Part shown: positions 9,451-22,907 of the stretch, one piece after another
How positions within the stretch are numbered: the first letter of the stretch is position 1
Layout: each line of letters opens with the position of its first letter
NCBI GenBank assembly: GCA_963826525.1
Contig: CAWGXH010000004.1
Coordinates: forward strand, 768,001-832,000
Source of the DNA: an uncultured Methanomicrobiaceae archaeon
Lineage (GTDB): Archaea; Halobacteriota; Methanomicrobia; Methanomicrobiales; Methanoculleaceae
Reading direction: 5' to 3'
Length of the DNA stretch: 64,000 nucleotides
Position numbers and translations under genes: made by a program
The notes under the pieces: generated by a model
Databases searched by the model: none
What the model was told of the DNA's origin: nothing
What the model saw: only the letters and a program-made list of their open reading frames with translations

Positions 9451-10722
9451 ATGCATACCCTGATCACAGCCTGCCTGAACGGAGTCCCCCCCGAGGTCGA
9501 GGCTATCGCGCGAGATGAAGGGCTGAATCCTCATCATGCGGCGAAAGCGGTCGCCCGCGGCCGTATCGTGATCCCGGCGAACCCCCACCGGCCGCACCGG
9601 CTCTGCGCCATCGGCGAGGGGTGCCGGGTACGGGTCAACGTCAACGTCGGGACGTCTGCGAACCTCTGCGACCCCGATCTTGAGGTCGCGAAGGGCAGGG
9701 CGGCGCTGGCACAGGGTGCCGATGCCCTCATGGACCTCTCCACCGCAGGCGACCTCTCGGAGATCAGAAAGCGTCTCCTCACGCTCGACGCCCCGCTCGG
9801 AACGGTGCCGATCTACGAGGCCGTCCGTCGTGCCGGCAGTGCCGCCGATATCGACGCGGACACCCTTTTTTCGGTCATCCGGGATCACTGCCGGCAGGGT
9901 GTCGATTTTCTGACGCTCCACTGCGGGGTGAACCGCGAGGCGTTCGAGGCGCTGAAGCTCGATCCCCGGGTTATGGGCGTTGTCAGCCGCGGCGGTGCGT
10001 TCCACATCGCGATGATGGCGGCGACGGGTGAAGAAAACCCGCTCTATGCGGAGTACGACTACCTGCTCGAGATCCTGGCGGAACACGACGTCGTCGTCAG
10101 CCTCGGAGACGGCATGCGGCCGGGCGCCTTCGTCGATGCGACCCGGCTTGCCAAAACGACGGAGTACCTCACGCTTGGCCGCCTCGCCCGCCGGGCGCTC
10201 TCCGCCGGTGTCCAGAGGATGATCGAAGGGCCCGGGCATATCCCGGTCGACCAGATCGGCTACAACGTCCAGATGCTCAAGGAACTGACCGAAGGAGCGC
10301 CCCTCTACCTCCTCGGCCCGCTCGTCACCGACCTCGCCCCCGGCTACGACCACGTGGTCGCGGCGATCGGCGGCGTCGTTGCCTGCCAGAACGGAGCGGA
10401 CTTCCTCTGCATGGTCTCACCGAGCGAACACCTCGCGCTCCCCCGCCTCCAGGATATCGAAGAGGGCACCCGGGTCGCCCGGATCGCCGCTCACGTCGGT
10501 GACCTGCTCCGGAACAACACGGGCAGCCGGAACCGGGAACATCGGATGGCAGAGGCGCGGCGGAGCCTCGACTGGGATGCACAGTTCGAAGCAGCGCTCT
10601 TCGGCGACATCGCCCGGAAGATCCACGAACGCGACGGCGAACTTGATACCTGCTCGATGTGCGGCGATCTCTGCGCCGTCAAGATGGTTCGGGATATCCT
10701 CAACCCGCCGTCGGACGATTAG
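9451..10722 (+). CDS. thiC: ThiC-family radical SAM enzyme (phosphomethylpyrimidine synthase or Bza-like paralog)
   Basis: VNVNVGTS, GADALMDLST, GTVPIYE, VSRGG, LGDGMRPG, EGPGH, GYDH, C-terminal CSMCGDLC. Confidence 0.85.
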   Translation: MHTLITACLNGVPPEVEAIARDEGLNPHHAAKAVARGRIVIPANPHRPHRLCAIGEGCRVRVNVNVGTSANLCDPDLEVAKGRAALAQGADALMDLSTAGDLSEIRKRLLTLDAPLGTVPIYEAVRRAGSAADIDADTLFSVIRDHCRQGVDFLTLHCGVNREAFEALKLDPRVMGVVSRGGAFHIAMMAATGEENPLYAEYDYLLEILAEHDVVVSLGDGMRPGAFVDATRLAKTTEYLTLGRLARRALSAGVQRMIEGPGHIPVDQIGYNVQMLKELTEGAPLYLLGPLVTDLAPGYDHVVAAIGGVVACQNGADFLCMVSPSEHLALPRLQDIEEGTRVARIAAHVGDLLRNNTGSRNREHRMAEARRSLDWDAQFEAALFGDIARKIHERDGELDTCSMCGDLCAVKMVRDILNPPSDD

Positions 10723-11387
10723 CGGATACGGTGCAGCTGATTTCCTCCCTTCTCCGCCCGCCGCTCTTTTATCTTTTTGATCCGGAGGAGCCGTGTCCGC
10801 TCCTCCCGCTCCATCTCGTCCCGCCGGAGTTCGATGGTCATCCGTTTCTCAAGGAGGTCGGGGATCACCTTGAACTCAAGTGCGTTCACCCGCCGCCGCA
10901 TCCGTTCGATCTCGACGACGAGCTTCGTGACGCTGCCCTCCGCCTCGGCGGTCGCGAGGATCTGCTCGATGAGATCCTCGAAGGCATCCGCCGCATCGTC
11001 AATGACCGACGCAGTGCCGAGGAGCCCGTACCCCCGCTCATCGAGGGTCTTGTGGATATTCTCGCCCTCGAGTTCGGGAAGGGGCACGCCGAAGACATTC
11101 CGGTGGGTAAGAAGGATGGTCGGGTACTCCTCAACCGAGAATGCGGCGAGCATCACGCCGGTCGCCCCCTCCATCATCGTCGCCGCCGCGATCTCCTCCC
11201 GTGCATCGCGGTAGCGCTCCTCAAGTTCGTCCCGGCGCCGTCTGGCCTCGCCCGCCCTCCGCGAGAGCTCGAGGATCAGGCCGTCGAGCTTGCGTTTCAG
11301 GACGGTATGCGCCCGGTCGGCGAGCGCGATCTGCCGCCGGGTAGCGAGCAGTTCGGAGCGTGTCGCCCTGACCTCCCCTATTGCCAT
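10719..11387 (-). CDS. atpD: A/V-type ATP synthase subunit D (orphan copy)
   Basis: TRSELL, LA.RAH..LKRK.D.L, NVFGVPLP, EIERMRRRVNALEFKVIP, EMEREE..RL..IK. Confidence 0.88.
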   Translation of the reverse strand: MAIGEVRATRSELLATRRQIALADRAHTVLKRKLDGLILELSRRAGEARRRRDELEERYRDAREEIAAATMMEGATGVMLAAFSVEEYPTILLTHRNVFGVPLPELEGENIHKTLDERGYGLLGTASVIDDAADAFEDLIEQILATAEAEGSVTKLVVEIERMRRRVNALEFKVIPDLLEKRMTIELRRDEMEREERTRLLRIKKIKERRAEKGGNQLHRIR

Positions 11388-11430
11388 CGCAGATCACCCT
11401 GCATCCGTATCATCTCCCCCGTGCTGCCGG

Positions 11431-12557
11431 TCACAGCACCAGGTACCTCCGTATCCGCTCGAGAGGGAGATCAAACTCTTTGCCGCGGGCGATGGCGCGG
11501 AGGTTGCCGACCTCGTACCGTTTGTGTTCGAGATACGAGAGGATCGGAAGCGCCGAGAAGGCGTGTCGCCGCGCCATTCTGTCCATGCGGTGGAGCCGTA
11601 CCCGGGTTATGGCGACCTCGATCTCGTGACCGGTACGCTTCCGGGCATGCCACCGCTCCCAGATCCGTTCCGCCGCCGCCTCCTGGTCGAGCGACTCGTC
11701 CCCGCGGACCTCCCGCAGTGCACGGGTGAGGATCGGGAGGATATCGGTCTGTTTGAAGGCGTTGATGAACTCTTCGCGCCTTTCCATGCTGTACATCCGC
11801 TGGAAGACCTCGATCGGGATCTCCCCCCCCGGAATCATGCTCCTCCGGATAGTCCGTATGTCGCAGGCACCCTTCCCGCAGCGAAGCCGCATGAGGTTCT
11901 TCATGTTGGTGATATCGATCTCGAAGCGGAGGTAGCGGGCGAGAACATCGCCGCCTCTGACACCGCCTCTTATATCGGCGAGGAGATCGGCGTAGGTACC
12001 TGCTTGTAGAGTTCGTTCTCGAGTTCTGCAAAGGCACCCTTCTCCTCGCACGACCGGTAGTTTTCGGCGATGACCGGGGCGAGCACCCAGCCCCCGAGCT
12101 CCTCCGCCACCCGGTCGCATGACGCCAGATCGAGGAGGTACTCGAGGTGCTGAGGGGGATCTCTCCTGCGGGGACGATGTACCTCCCGTATCTGCTCCCG
12201 TGGGATATCGTGCTCGATCCCCCGGAAGATCGCCATGACGTTTGAGATATCCCACCGGTTCAGGTACCGGGAGACGAGCGTGTGGAGGTCTCCCTGGCTG
12301 ATCCGGAGCGCGCTTCGAAAGGTGCGTGCCAGGTTCCGATTGAGGGCGGCCTCGATGAGATCGGTACCGGAGAGGGTCTGTGCAAGCCCGACGATCTCCT
12401 CGCCGTAGTCACCCTTGCTGAGAAAATGAGCGATCTCGGGGAGGCTCAGGTGAAGAATCCGTGTGTATTCCTCCCGGGGGTAGAGCAGCGTTTTGCGCAC
12501 CCTGAATCTGGTGCAGACATAGATGCACCCCGGACTCGGAAAACCGCCCGTTATCAT
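11431..12557 (-). CDS. atpC: A/V-type ATP synthase subunit C (AhaC; orphan copy, frameshifts near 12000 and 12150-12180)
   Basis: YVCTRFRVRKTLL, IEAALNRNLA, YLNRWDISNV, FEIDITNMKNLMR, YLEHKRYEVGNLRAIARGK. Confidence 0.82.
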
Positions 12558-12627
12558 CTCTTTTTCTCCTCCCTGACGGCGGTTTACTACGAAATGCCGT
12601 GGAAACCCCGCCTTCCGTCCACAGGGG

Positions 12628-13024
12628 TTACTTCCCGTCCGCGAGTGCGAGTATTCGTGCCGCAAGGTGAGCGGCATTTTCACCGTTATCCACGCCGACA
12701 CACGCAACCGGGACACCTTTCGGCATCTGAACGATGGAGAGGAGTGCGTCAAACCCCATTAAAGTACCGCTCACCGGGACACCGATCACCGGCCGGGTGG
12801 TCTTCGACGCGACCACGCCGGGAAGCGCTGCCGAGAGCCCGGCAATAGCGATGAAGACCCGGCAGGGGCTCGACCGGATATACTCGTCGAGGCGGTCGGG
12901 GTCGCGGTGGGCGGAAACCACCTGGAAATCGTAAGAGATATGTTTCTCCTGCAGGACTGCAAAGACCTTCTCTGCGATCACCCGGTCCGATGCGGACCCA
13001 CACAGGTACTGCTACGTCAGCCAT
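12628..13024 (-). CDS. purE: PurE (AIR carboxylase / N5-CAIR mutase); indel at ~13005
   Basis: [54 protein letters not shown]. Confidence 0.93.
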
Positions 13025-13180
13025 ATGGTTCATGCATATCTGCTGATGGGTCATTAACGCTGCTCTTTGTCATCGCCCGTCATCCTGCGAATCTGTGGAA
13101 GGATGACCTTGATATGAAACGAGATCCAATTAGGTAACCTGAAGAGCTCCAAGACAATCGTATCTACGGACTGATCTGCA

Positions 13181-14766
<1,586 letters not shown>

Positions 14767-14826
14767 CGTAGAAACGTGAAGGATATCAGCAATAAGATGC
14801 CAAACGATACCAGAGGAAGATAGAGC

Positions 14827-15234
14827 ATGACCGTCAAACTGGGTTTTGTGGTGGCGGAGTTCAACCGGGACATCACCTACATGATGGAGATTGAGGCCCG
14901 GGAACACGCCGCGTTTTTGGGTGCGGAGGTAACGGAGACGATCTACGTCCCTGGTGCCTACGATATGCCGCTTGCGATCAAGAAGCTGCTTTCGGCGGGA
15001 AACGTCGATGCAGTGGTCACCGTCGGGTGCGTCATCGAGGGCGCCACCCAGCACGACGAGATAGTTGTGCAGCATGCGGCGCGAAAGATCATCGACCTCT
15101 CGCTTGAGTTCGGAAAGCCTGTCGCCCTCGGTATCTCAGGGCCGGGGATGACCAGGCTCGAGGCGACCGAGCGGATCGATTATGCAAAGCGTGCCGTTGA
15201 ATCTGCCGTGAAGATGGTACAGCGATTGCAATGA
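14827..15234 (+). CDS. ribH: 6,7-dimethyl-8-ribityllumazine synthase
   Basis: [43 protein letters not shown]. Confidence 0.95.
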   Translation: MTVKLGFVVAEFNRDITYMMEIEAREHAAFLGAEVTETIYVPGAYDMPLAIKKLLSAGNVDAVVTVGCVIEGATQHDEIVVQHAARKIIDLSLEFGKPVALGISGPGMTRLEATERIDYAKRAVESAVKMVQRLQ

Positions 15235-16361
15235 GGAGGCTCTCCGAGAAGGTTGCCGGTATTGCACCGTCCGCCACGATTGAGATCTCGAATGCGGCGA
15301 AACGGATGGTGCAGGAGGGCATCGATGTGATCAGTCTCAGTATCGGAGAACCTGACTTCGATACCCCGAAGCATATCACCGATGCCTGTATCGATGCCCT
15401 GCGCCGGGGGGAGACGCACTACGCCCCAAGCCAGGGCATCCCCGAACTGACGGCGGCTATCGCCGGGAAGATCACGAGGGAGAATGGGTTTCCCGCCTCG
15501 CCCGACCAGGTGATCGTCACCTGCGGGGCGAAGGATGCGATCTACGAGGCGATGGAGGCGGTAATCAACCCCTGTGACGAAGTGCTCATCCTCGATCCCG
15601 CATGGGTCTCGTACGAACCCTGCGTCCAACTTGCGGGAGGGACGACACGGCACCACGCCGTCGACCCGGAGACATTCCAGCTCGACGACTCCCTTCTCGA
15701 GGCGGTGAATGGGAACACCCGCATGATCGTGGTGAACTCGCCCTCGAACCCATCGGGAGCGGTGCTTGACGAGCGTTCCCTGCGGCTCGTCGCCGATATC
15801 TGCACGGACCACGATATCATCGCACTCTCCGACGAGATCTACGAAAAACTCGTCTACGAAAAAGAGCACATCTCGCTCGCAAGCCTCGGCAATATGGTCG
15901 AGCGGACGATCACGATCAACGGCTTTTCCAAGGCCTACGCCATGACCGGGTGGCGGGTAGGGTATGCCGTCGCTCCCGAACGGATCATCCGCCAGATGAA
16001 CAAGGTACAGCAGCATACCATCTCGCACCCGGCCACATTTGCGATGTTCGGGGCTGTGGCGGCGCTGACGGGAGATCAGCGCTGTATTGAGGAGATGCGG
16101 CGTGAGTTTCTGCAGCGGCGCGATTACGTCATCGCCGCACTGCACGGGATGGGGTATCGGACGGCTCCGGCAGACGGAGCGTTCTACGCCTACGTGAAGG
16201 TGGAGGGCGACGATACGGAGATCGCCCGCCGGTGGCTCCGGGAGGCGCATGTCGCGGTCACGCCGGGCTCCGCGTTCGGGACACCGGGCTGGGAGCGGCT
16301 CTCCTATGCGACGTCGATGGCAAACCTCAAAGAAGCGATGTACCGGATCAGCACGGTCTGA
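15231..16361 (+). CDS. Class I/II PLP aminotransferase (aspartate aminotransferase-like)
   Basis: [38 protein letters not shown]. Confidence 0.92.
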   Translation: MRRLSEKVAGIAPSATIEISNAAKRMVQEGIDVISLSIGEPDFDTPKHITDACIDALRRGETHYAPSQGIPELTAAIAGKITRENGFPASPDQVIVTCGAKDAIYEAMEAVINPCDEVLILDPAWVSYEPCVQLAGGTTRHHAVDPETFQLDDSLLEAVNGNTRMIVVNSPSNPSGAVLDERSLRLVADICTDHDIIALSDEIYEKLVYEKEHISLASLGNMVERTITINGFSKAYAMTGWRVGYAVAPERIIRQMNKVQQHTISHPATFAMFGAVAALTGDQRCIEEMRREFLQRRDYVIAALHGMGYRTAPADGAFYAYVKVEGDDTEIARRWLREAHVAVTPGSAFGTPGWERLSYATSMANLKEAMYRISTV

Positions 16362-16374
16362 TCCGGATCTTTTT

Positions 16375-18037
16375 TTACCCCTGCGGCGAAGGAGCGGAGC
16401 TCAGACGTTCAAAGCACCGGTCTGCCTCCTCGGTTCTGCCGAGACGCATGAGCGCAAGACCCTTCACCCCGATCAGGAAGAGATTGTCGGGGTCGTGCGT
16501 GAGCGATTGCGTATAGCACTCGACGGCAGGTTCGTACCGCCGGAGCATCATCAGCGTATTGCCCCGAGCGGCGAGGGCGCCTGCATGCCACCTGTCCAGG
16601 GCCAGTGCACGGCCGAAGCTCGTGATCGCCTCGTCGGTACTGCCTGAGGATATGCAGCACGAGCCCCCTCCGGTACCACGCATCCACGTTTTCCGGGTTT
16701 CTGCCGAGTTCCCGGTCGTAGCAGGCGAGTGCCTCGTCGTACTGCTCCGTGATACAGAGCAGGTCGGCTCTGTTCTTCCGGACGCCGGGGCTCTCCGGGT
16801 TCATCTCGAGCGCCTGGTCGTAACAGGTGATCGCCTCGTCGAAGCGTCCGAGATGGCAGAGGGCGTTTCCACGGTTGTTCCATGCCGCGATACTCCCCGG
16901 GCTCCGCTGGAGCCCCTCTTCGTAGGCGGCTGCCGCCCGGTCGTAGTGCCCGGTGAGGAGGAGTGCCTCCGCTATGGTCAGCAGCGCTCCGGCGTGGTTC
17001 CGGTCGATCTTCAGAGCATGGTCGCAGCATGCGATCGCCTCATCGTAGCGCTTCAGTTGGAGCAGGGCCAGGCTCTTGTGATGCCAGATATCGGGGTTCG
17101 CCTGCTCAATCTTCAGGGCATGGTCGTAACTGCCGATTGCCCCGTTATACCGTTGCAGGCGTGCAAACGCGAGGCCGCGGTGGTGCCAGGCAGCAGCAGC
17201 ATAACCCGTATCGATCCGGAGGATGCGGTCGAAGCAGGCGATCGCCTCCTCGTCCCGCCCGAGGTGCTGGAGCACGAGTCCCTTATGATACCATGCCCTG
17301 ATATCTCCCGAGTTGAGAGCGAGCACCTGCTCGAGGCTGGTTATCGCCTCGTCCGAGCACTGCAGGCGTTCTGCAGCGACTCCCCTGCCGTACCAGGCAC
17401 CCGGATGGTCGGGCTGTATCCTCACGACCTGATCGAACGATCGGATCGCCGCCTCGTCCTGTTGCAGGATGAGCTGGAGTTTCCCCTTCTGGAACCACGC
17501 CTCCGTATGATCCGGATTGATCGTTGTCACTGCATCGAAGCAGGCGACGGCATGGCCGTACTGTTTCGCCAGGATAAGCGCCGACCCCTTCTCGAACCAC
17601 GCATCGATGCAGTCCGGCCGTATCCCGATCGCCCGGTCAAGGGAGAGGAGTGCCTCCTCGTGGCGCATAAGGCAGGTGAGCGCTTTTCCTCTGGCGCACC
17701 AGGAGGCAGCGTCCTCGGGGTTTCCTTTGAGCACCTGATCGTAGGCTGCTATCGCATCGGCATACTGCCGCTGCCGGTGGAGGTGCTGGCCTCTGCCCCG
17801 CCACGCCTCTGCAAGGCCCGGATCGATCTCGACCGCCCGATCGAACGAGACTCCGGCGTCGTCGAACCGGCCGAGAGACCGGAGCGCTGCTCCCCGGGCG
17901 GACCATGCCTCTGCGTGCTCCGGGTCTTTCTCGAGCACTCTGTCGTAGCACCGGACCGCCTCTTCGTATTGTCCCTGGCCGGCATGCTCGAGACCTCTGC
18001 TCTGCCATGCGTCGGCACCCCTCCGGGAGAAGACCAT
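16375..18037 (-). CDS. Tetratricopeptide repeat protein (about 16 TPRs); indel at ~16637
   Basis: Continuous TPR units. The frame continues DEAITSFGRAL... after CAG TAC (c) GAC. Confidence 0.87.
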
Positions 18038-18270
18038 GAGTATGTGGTGACATAAGCTCATGAGTATAAATAGATATCAGTATCCGGGCGCCGTTCGCAT
18101 CGGCTCGTTCCGGATCCTGCCCCCGGGGAGAGGGCGCCTGTCTCTCTGGAGACCTTCGGGCGTCTTTACGGTCCTGAAGCGCATCTCCCGGCTCCCCGAT
18201 GCATTTGGTAACCTATACTATCTTCTGCGACAAAACCGACTATAAGGAGGGCCATTTCCGGCTGGTATCC

Positions 18271-18936
18271 ATGAAGCGAATCCGTGAACTCCCCGATCTC
18301 GACCGTCCCCGCGAGAAGCTGGCGAAAAACGGGCCTGCATTCCTTTCAGAGACGGAACTTGTGGCGGCGATCATAGGAAAGGGCACCCGGGGGCGGGACG
18401 TCTTCCTGGTCGCCTCCGAGATCGCCCGGCATCTGCAGGCGACGGCTGCCGCTCTCTCGTATGACGATCTGATGACGATCCAGGGGGTGGGATCGGCGAA
18501 AGCCTGCCAGATCGTGGCCTCTTTCGAGCTTGCCCGGCGATACCTGGATGCCGATCCTCGGGGGCGGAGGATCGGGTCTCCCTCGGACGTGCTCCCACTG
18601 GTCGCCGACCTCGCGGAGAAACGTCAGGAGTACTTCGTCTGCGTCACCCTCAACGGGGCCGGGGAGGTGATCTCCCGGCGGACGGTCACCGTCGGGCTGC
18701 TCAACCAGAGTCTCGTCCACCCTCGCGAGGTCTTTGCCGATGCCATCACCGACCGGGCAGCTTCGGTGATCCTGGTGCACAACCACCCTTCCGGCGCCCT
18801 CGAACCGAGCCAGCAGGATATCGCCATCACCCGCCAGCTCGCAGAAGCCGGATCAATCCTTGGTATTCGCGTTCTTGACCACCTTATCGTCTCGAGGAAA
18901 GGGTATGCAAGTTTGAAAGAACTCGGGCATCTCTGA
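18271..18936 (+). CDS. radC: RadC family (JAB/MPN domain) protein
   Basis: DRPREKL...G...LS..EL.A, GLLNQSLVHPREVF, ILVHNHPSG...PS.QD, VLDHLIV. Confidence 0.92.
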   Translation: MKRIRELPDLDRPREKLAKNGPAFLSETELVAAIIGKGTRGRDVFLVASEIARHLQATAAALSYDDLMTIQGVGSAKACQIVASFELARRYLDADPRGRRIGSPSDVLPLVADLAEKRQEYFVCVTLNGAGEVISRRTVTVGLLNQSLVHPREVFADAITDRAASVILVHNHPSGALEPSQQDIAITRQLAEAGSILGIRVLDHLIVSRKGYASLKELGHL

Positions 18937-19303
18937 ACTCCCGCTCTCGTTGGGCTACGGTATCGTGCGGAGATATATACCTTCGGTCATGCAGATCTTC
19001 AGGGAGCCGGGCGTTTCTGCAATAGTACCAGACCACGCCTCAGGAGGGAGAGAAATTCTCTCGAATAATGCCTCTTTTTCGGGATATTCGGCATGGAAGA
19101 AGATTCTTTTGGGGAGAATGGTCAATTTATATCATCTGCCCGATATAATCGGATGTGTATCCGGCCGAAAGGTACGATGTCGCATCCGATCGGATTACCT
19201 GCAGATATATGGGAAAGAACCGGGTTTCCGGGGCGGCCGCCCCGGTCATCCCGTCGAAGGGGAGAGATGTACGATAGACAGGCGCGGATCCGTTGAGAGA
19301 GCA

Positions 19304-22300
19304 ATGAATGCACGGCCGCTTGAAGAGGAGATCGAGTCCGTTCGAAGACGGCTGGATACGCTGAGCCGAGGGCCATATCCCGATAGGTCGGAGGGTCTCG
19401 CAGGAAAGGTTTCCGGCCTCCTTGAGGCACTGATAGCGGAGCGGGATGAGCTCAAGGAGATGAACGCCGGACTCGAGCGTTCCCTGGATGCCGCGGAGAA
19501 AGCGCTGCAGCATTACCACGATCTCTTCACCTCAGCTCCAGAGGTCTATCTCGAAACCGATTCGTTCGGAATTATCACGGCGGCAAATGCGGCGGCAGAG
19601 ACCTTTTTTGGTCTTTCGGGCGATACGCTGGTCGGAAAGCACCTTCTCCTCTATATCTCGCCGGAGAGCCGCAAATCCCTCCTCTCTGCGATCACCCGGA
19701 TACACGGCGGCGCGGAGAAGCCGTCATGGGAAGGGACGCTTCGACAGCCAAACCGGGAGCCGGTAGCGGTCGCCGGAACGGTCGCCGCCGCCTATGCCCC
19801 CGACGGTGCGCTCTCGAGCCTTCGCTGGATATTGCGTGATATCACCCGAGAACGGGCGTCCCGCGAGAATGCCAGGGAGAGCCTCGATCTCCTTGAGGGA
19901 ATCTTCGAAAACCTCGGTGATATCGTCGGGATTCAGACGCCCGAGCGGAGGATCATCCGCTACAACCGTGCGGGGTACGAGAGCCTCGGCGTGAAACCCG
20001 AGGAGATCATCGGCAGGAAGTGCTACGAGGTGATCGGGCGCTCCTCTCCCTGCGCGATCTGTGCAAGCGCCCGGGTGCTCGAGACCAGGAAGGCCGAAGT
20101 CGTCGAGAAGTACGTTCCCGAGCTTGGACGGCACCTTGAATGCCGGGCAAGTCCTGTGCTGAACGCCGAGGGCGAGGTGACGATGATCATCGAGCAGATC
20201 ATCGATATCACCGATCGCGTCTCGGCGGCCGAGGCGCTCGAGCGGGCGAATGCCTATAATCGGAGCCTCATTGAGGCGAGCCCCGATCCGATGGCGGTCG
20301 TCGACCCTGATGGGATCGTTACGGACGTGAATGCTGCGGCGGAGACCATCACCGGGAAGACCAGGGACGAGATTATCGGGACAGAGTTTACCGGGCACTT
20401 CACCGATCCCGGGGTTGCCCGCACCGGTTTCGAGACGATTTTTGAGGCCGGAACGGTGCGGGACTACCCGCTCGAGATCCGGCACCGGGACGGGCACATA
20501 ACCCCCGTCCTCTGCAATGCCTCGGTCTTTCGGGGTGGAAACGGCAGTATTGTCGGAATAGTTGCTGCTGCACGGGACGTCACCGAGCTTCGTCGGGCTG
20601 AGGAGGCCGTCAGGGAGAGCGAGCGGCGGTACCGGCAACTCATCGAAAATCTCAACGAGGGGATCTGGCAGACCGACCCGGAGGGTGTCACGACCTATGT
20701 CAACCCGCAGATGGCGGCACTCCTCGGCTATACCGTCGAGGAGATGCACGGGATGCATCTGTTTGTGTTCATGGACGAGGCCGGCGTCGAACAGGCGAAG
20801 GCAGGGCTTGATCGGAGAAGCCGGGGCATTCGGGATCAGCGCGAATTCACCTTCCTCCGGAAGGATAAAAGCCATGTGCGGACGCTTGTATCGGCCGCCC
20901 CGCTCATCGACGATGAGGGAGTCTACCGCGGGTCTATAGCGGCCGTCCTCGATGTTACCGAGCTGCACCGGGCGGAGAGGGCTCTCCGGGAGAGCGAAGA
21001 GCGGTACCGCTCCTTCGTCCAGAACCTCCAGGGGATTGCGTTCTACGGGACTCTCGATTTCCGGCCGCTCTTTCTTCACGGGAGCGTCCTTGAGATCACC
21101 GGGTATACCGAGGGAGAGATCGTCGGGGGCGTTAAACGCTGGGAGCTGTTAATCCACCCGGACGACCGCGAGCGGATGGCGGAGAGCACCCAACAGCTCA
21201 CCACTACCCCGGGGTACATCTCGAACCGGGAGTACCGGATCATCCGCAAAGACGGCGCTATCCGGTGGCTTCGGGAACTTGCCCGCAACGTCTGCGACGA
21301 AGAAGGGTATCCGGTCAGGATTGAAGGGACGTTCTACGACATCACGGATCGGAAGGAGGCGGAAGAGGCGCTCCGGGAGAGCGAGAAGAAGTACCGGGAT
21401 ATCACCCGGCGAAGCTTCGACATGATCTACACCTGCTACCACCGGGAGGGGATTACCTTCATTACCCCGGCGGTGGAGCGGATCCTGGGCTACACGCCGG
21501 AGGAGGTGGTCGGGACCGTCTGCAGGGATTACGTCGCCCCCGAGAGCAGGCTGGTCTGGGAGAAGGCCTACCGGACGATCACCGCCGGCATCCCGGTCGA
21601 GGGTGTTCGGATCAGGTTCCGCCGAAAGGACGGGACATATGCGTTCGTCGAGCCTGAATGAGTCCCCCATCTTCAGGGACGGAACGGTCGTCGGCGTCCA
21701 GGCGGTCGGCAGGGATATCACCGAGCGAAAAAAGGCGGAAGAGGCGCTCCGGGAGAGTGAAGAGCGGTTCCGGAGTATCTTCGAAGAGTCTCCGATCGGC
21801 ATTCAGGTCTACGACGCGGGGGGCAGGCTGCTCACCCTCAACAATGCCTGCATCGGCATATTCGGTTTCTACGACTGCAATGACCTGCAGGAGTTCAACT
21901 TCTTTGGAGACCCGAACCTGCCGGAGGCGGAGATCCGGCACCTGATGGGCGGCGAGGTCGTCCGGTGCAGGATACCCTATGACTTTGAGGAGGTGAAGCG
22001 GCGGAACCTCTATAATACGACGCGGTCGGGGTGCATCTTCCTCGATGTGCTGATCACGCCGATCAGTCCGCCGGAGGGGGACGGGGCACCGGAGTCCTAT
22101 CTGCTTCAGGTTCAGGACGTCACCGAGCAGGTCAGGATGGAGGCGCTCAAACAGGAGGCGTATGAGCGGATCAATAAGAACATCGAGCAGTTTGCCATCC
22201 TCGGCGATCACGTCCGCCAGCCGCTTCAGGTGATTCTGGGTCTCTCGGAGCTGATCGAGGACGATCGGACGGAGAAAATTATTGACGAGGTACGGAGAAT

Positions 22301-22380
22301 CAATGGGATCATTAAACAGGCTCGATCAGGGCTGGGTCGAGTCGAGGAAGGTTCGGGAGTTTCTGCAGAGAAATGAATAG
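19304..22380 (+). CDS. Cytoplasmic multi-PAS sensor with terminal HisKA-like helix, no HATPase (indels ~21652, ~22320)
   Basis: N-terminal coiled coil, about 7 PAS/PAC units (DITE/DVTE...ALRESE linkers), ending NIEQFAILGDHVRQPLQVILG...LDQGWVESRKVREFLQRNE*. Confidence 0.8.
21350..21745 (+). repeat. PAS-encoding cassette, copy A (near-identical to 24643-25035)
   Basis: Shared text such as TTCGACATGATCTACACCTGCTACCACCGGGAGGGGATTACCTTCAT...GGCGTCCAGGCGGTCGGCAGGGATATCACC. Confidence 0.92.
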
Positions 22381-22418
22381 GAGTTGCCGGACGATGGCCA
22401 TGTCGTCGGGGGTGCATA

Positions 22419-22907
22419 ATGCGTGATCCGGAACGCCTCGAAAAGGCGTTGCACCATCCGGACTCCGAAGTCCGGTGGACGGCGGTCCTGCTGCTCGAAG
22501 AGGCGCATACCGACCGGGCGACCGAGCTGCTTACCGAAGCACTGAAAGACGATTATCTCAGCATCCGCTGGCGCTCAGCCGTGGCCCTCGGAAATATCGG
22601 CGACCCGCGGACAGTCGGGCCTCTTGTGGAAGCCCTTGAGGATGAGAGCAAACACGTCCGGGAGGAGGCGGCGGTGAGTCTCGGGAAGATCGGCGATCCC
22701 CGGGCGGTCGACCCGCTCGTCCGGCGCCTGCAGGATCGCGCTCTTGCCGTCAGGATCGCGGCGGCACGGGCGCTGGTGACCATCGGGGGGCCTGCACGCC
22801 CGGCGCTCGTCGGCCTCTCGATAACGGGCGACGAACCGCTGCGGCTGGCCGCTGCTGACATCCTGCAGGAGATGGAGGAGCGGAGGCTCCGGCAGAGAGC
22901 CCGGTGA
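22419..22907 (+). CDS. HEAT/PBS-lyase repeat protein
   Basis: L.D....VR..AA..LG.IGDPRAV.PL repeats. Confidence 0.85.
   Translation: MRDPERLEKALHHPDSEVRWTAVLLLEEAHTDRATELLTEALKDDYLSIRWRSAVALGNIGDPRTVGPLVEALEDESKHVREEAAVSLGKIGDPRAVDPLVRRLQDRALAVRIAAARALVTIGGPARPALVGLSITGDEPLRLAAADILQEMEERRLRQRAR

Noticed and set aside
18950-19303. 118-aa N-terminal extension of the PAS protein
   Set aside because: Starts at a non-ATG codon, is AT-richer and contains TATA-like elements; more likely promoter/leader than coding
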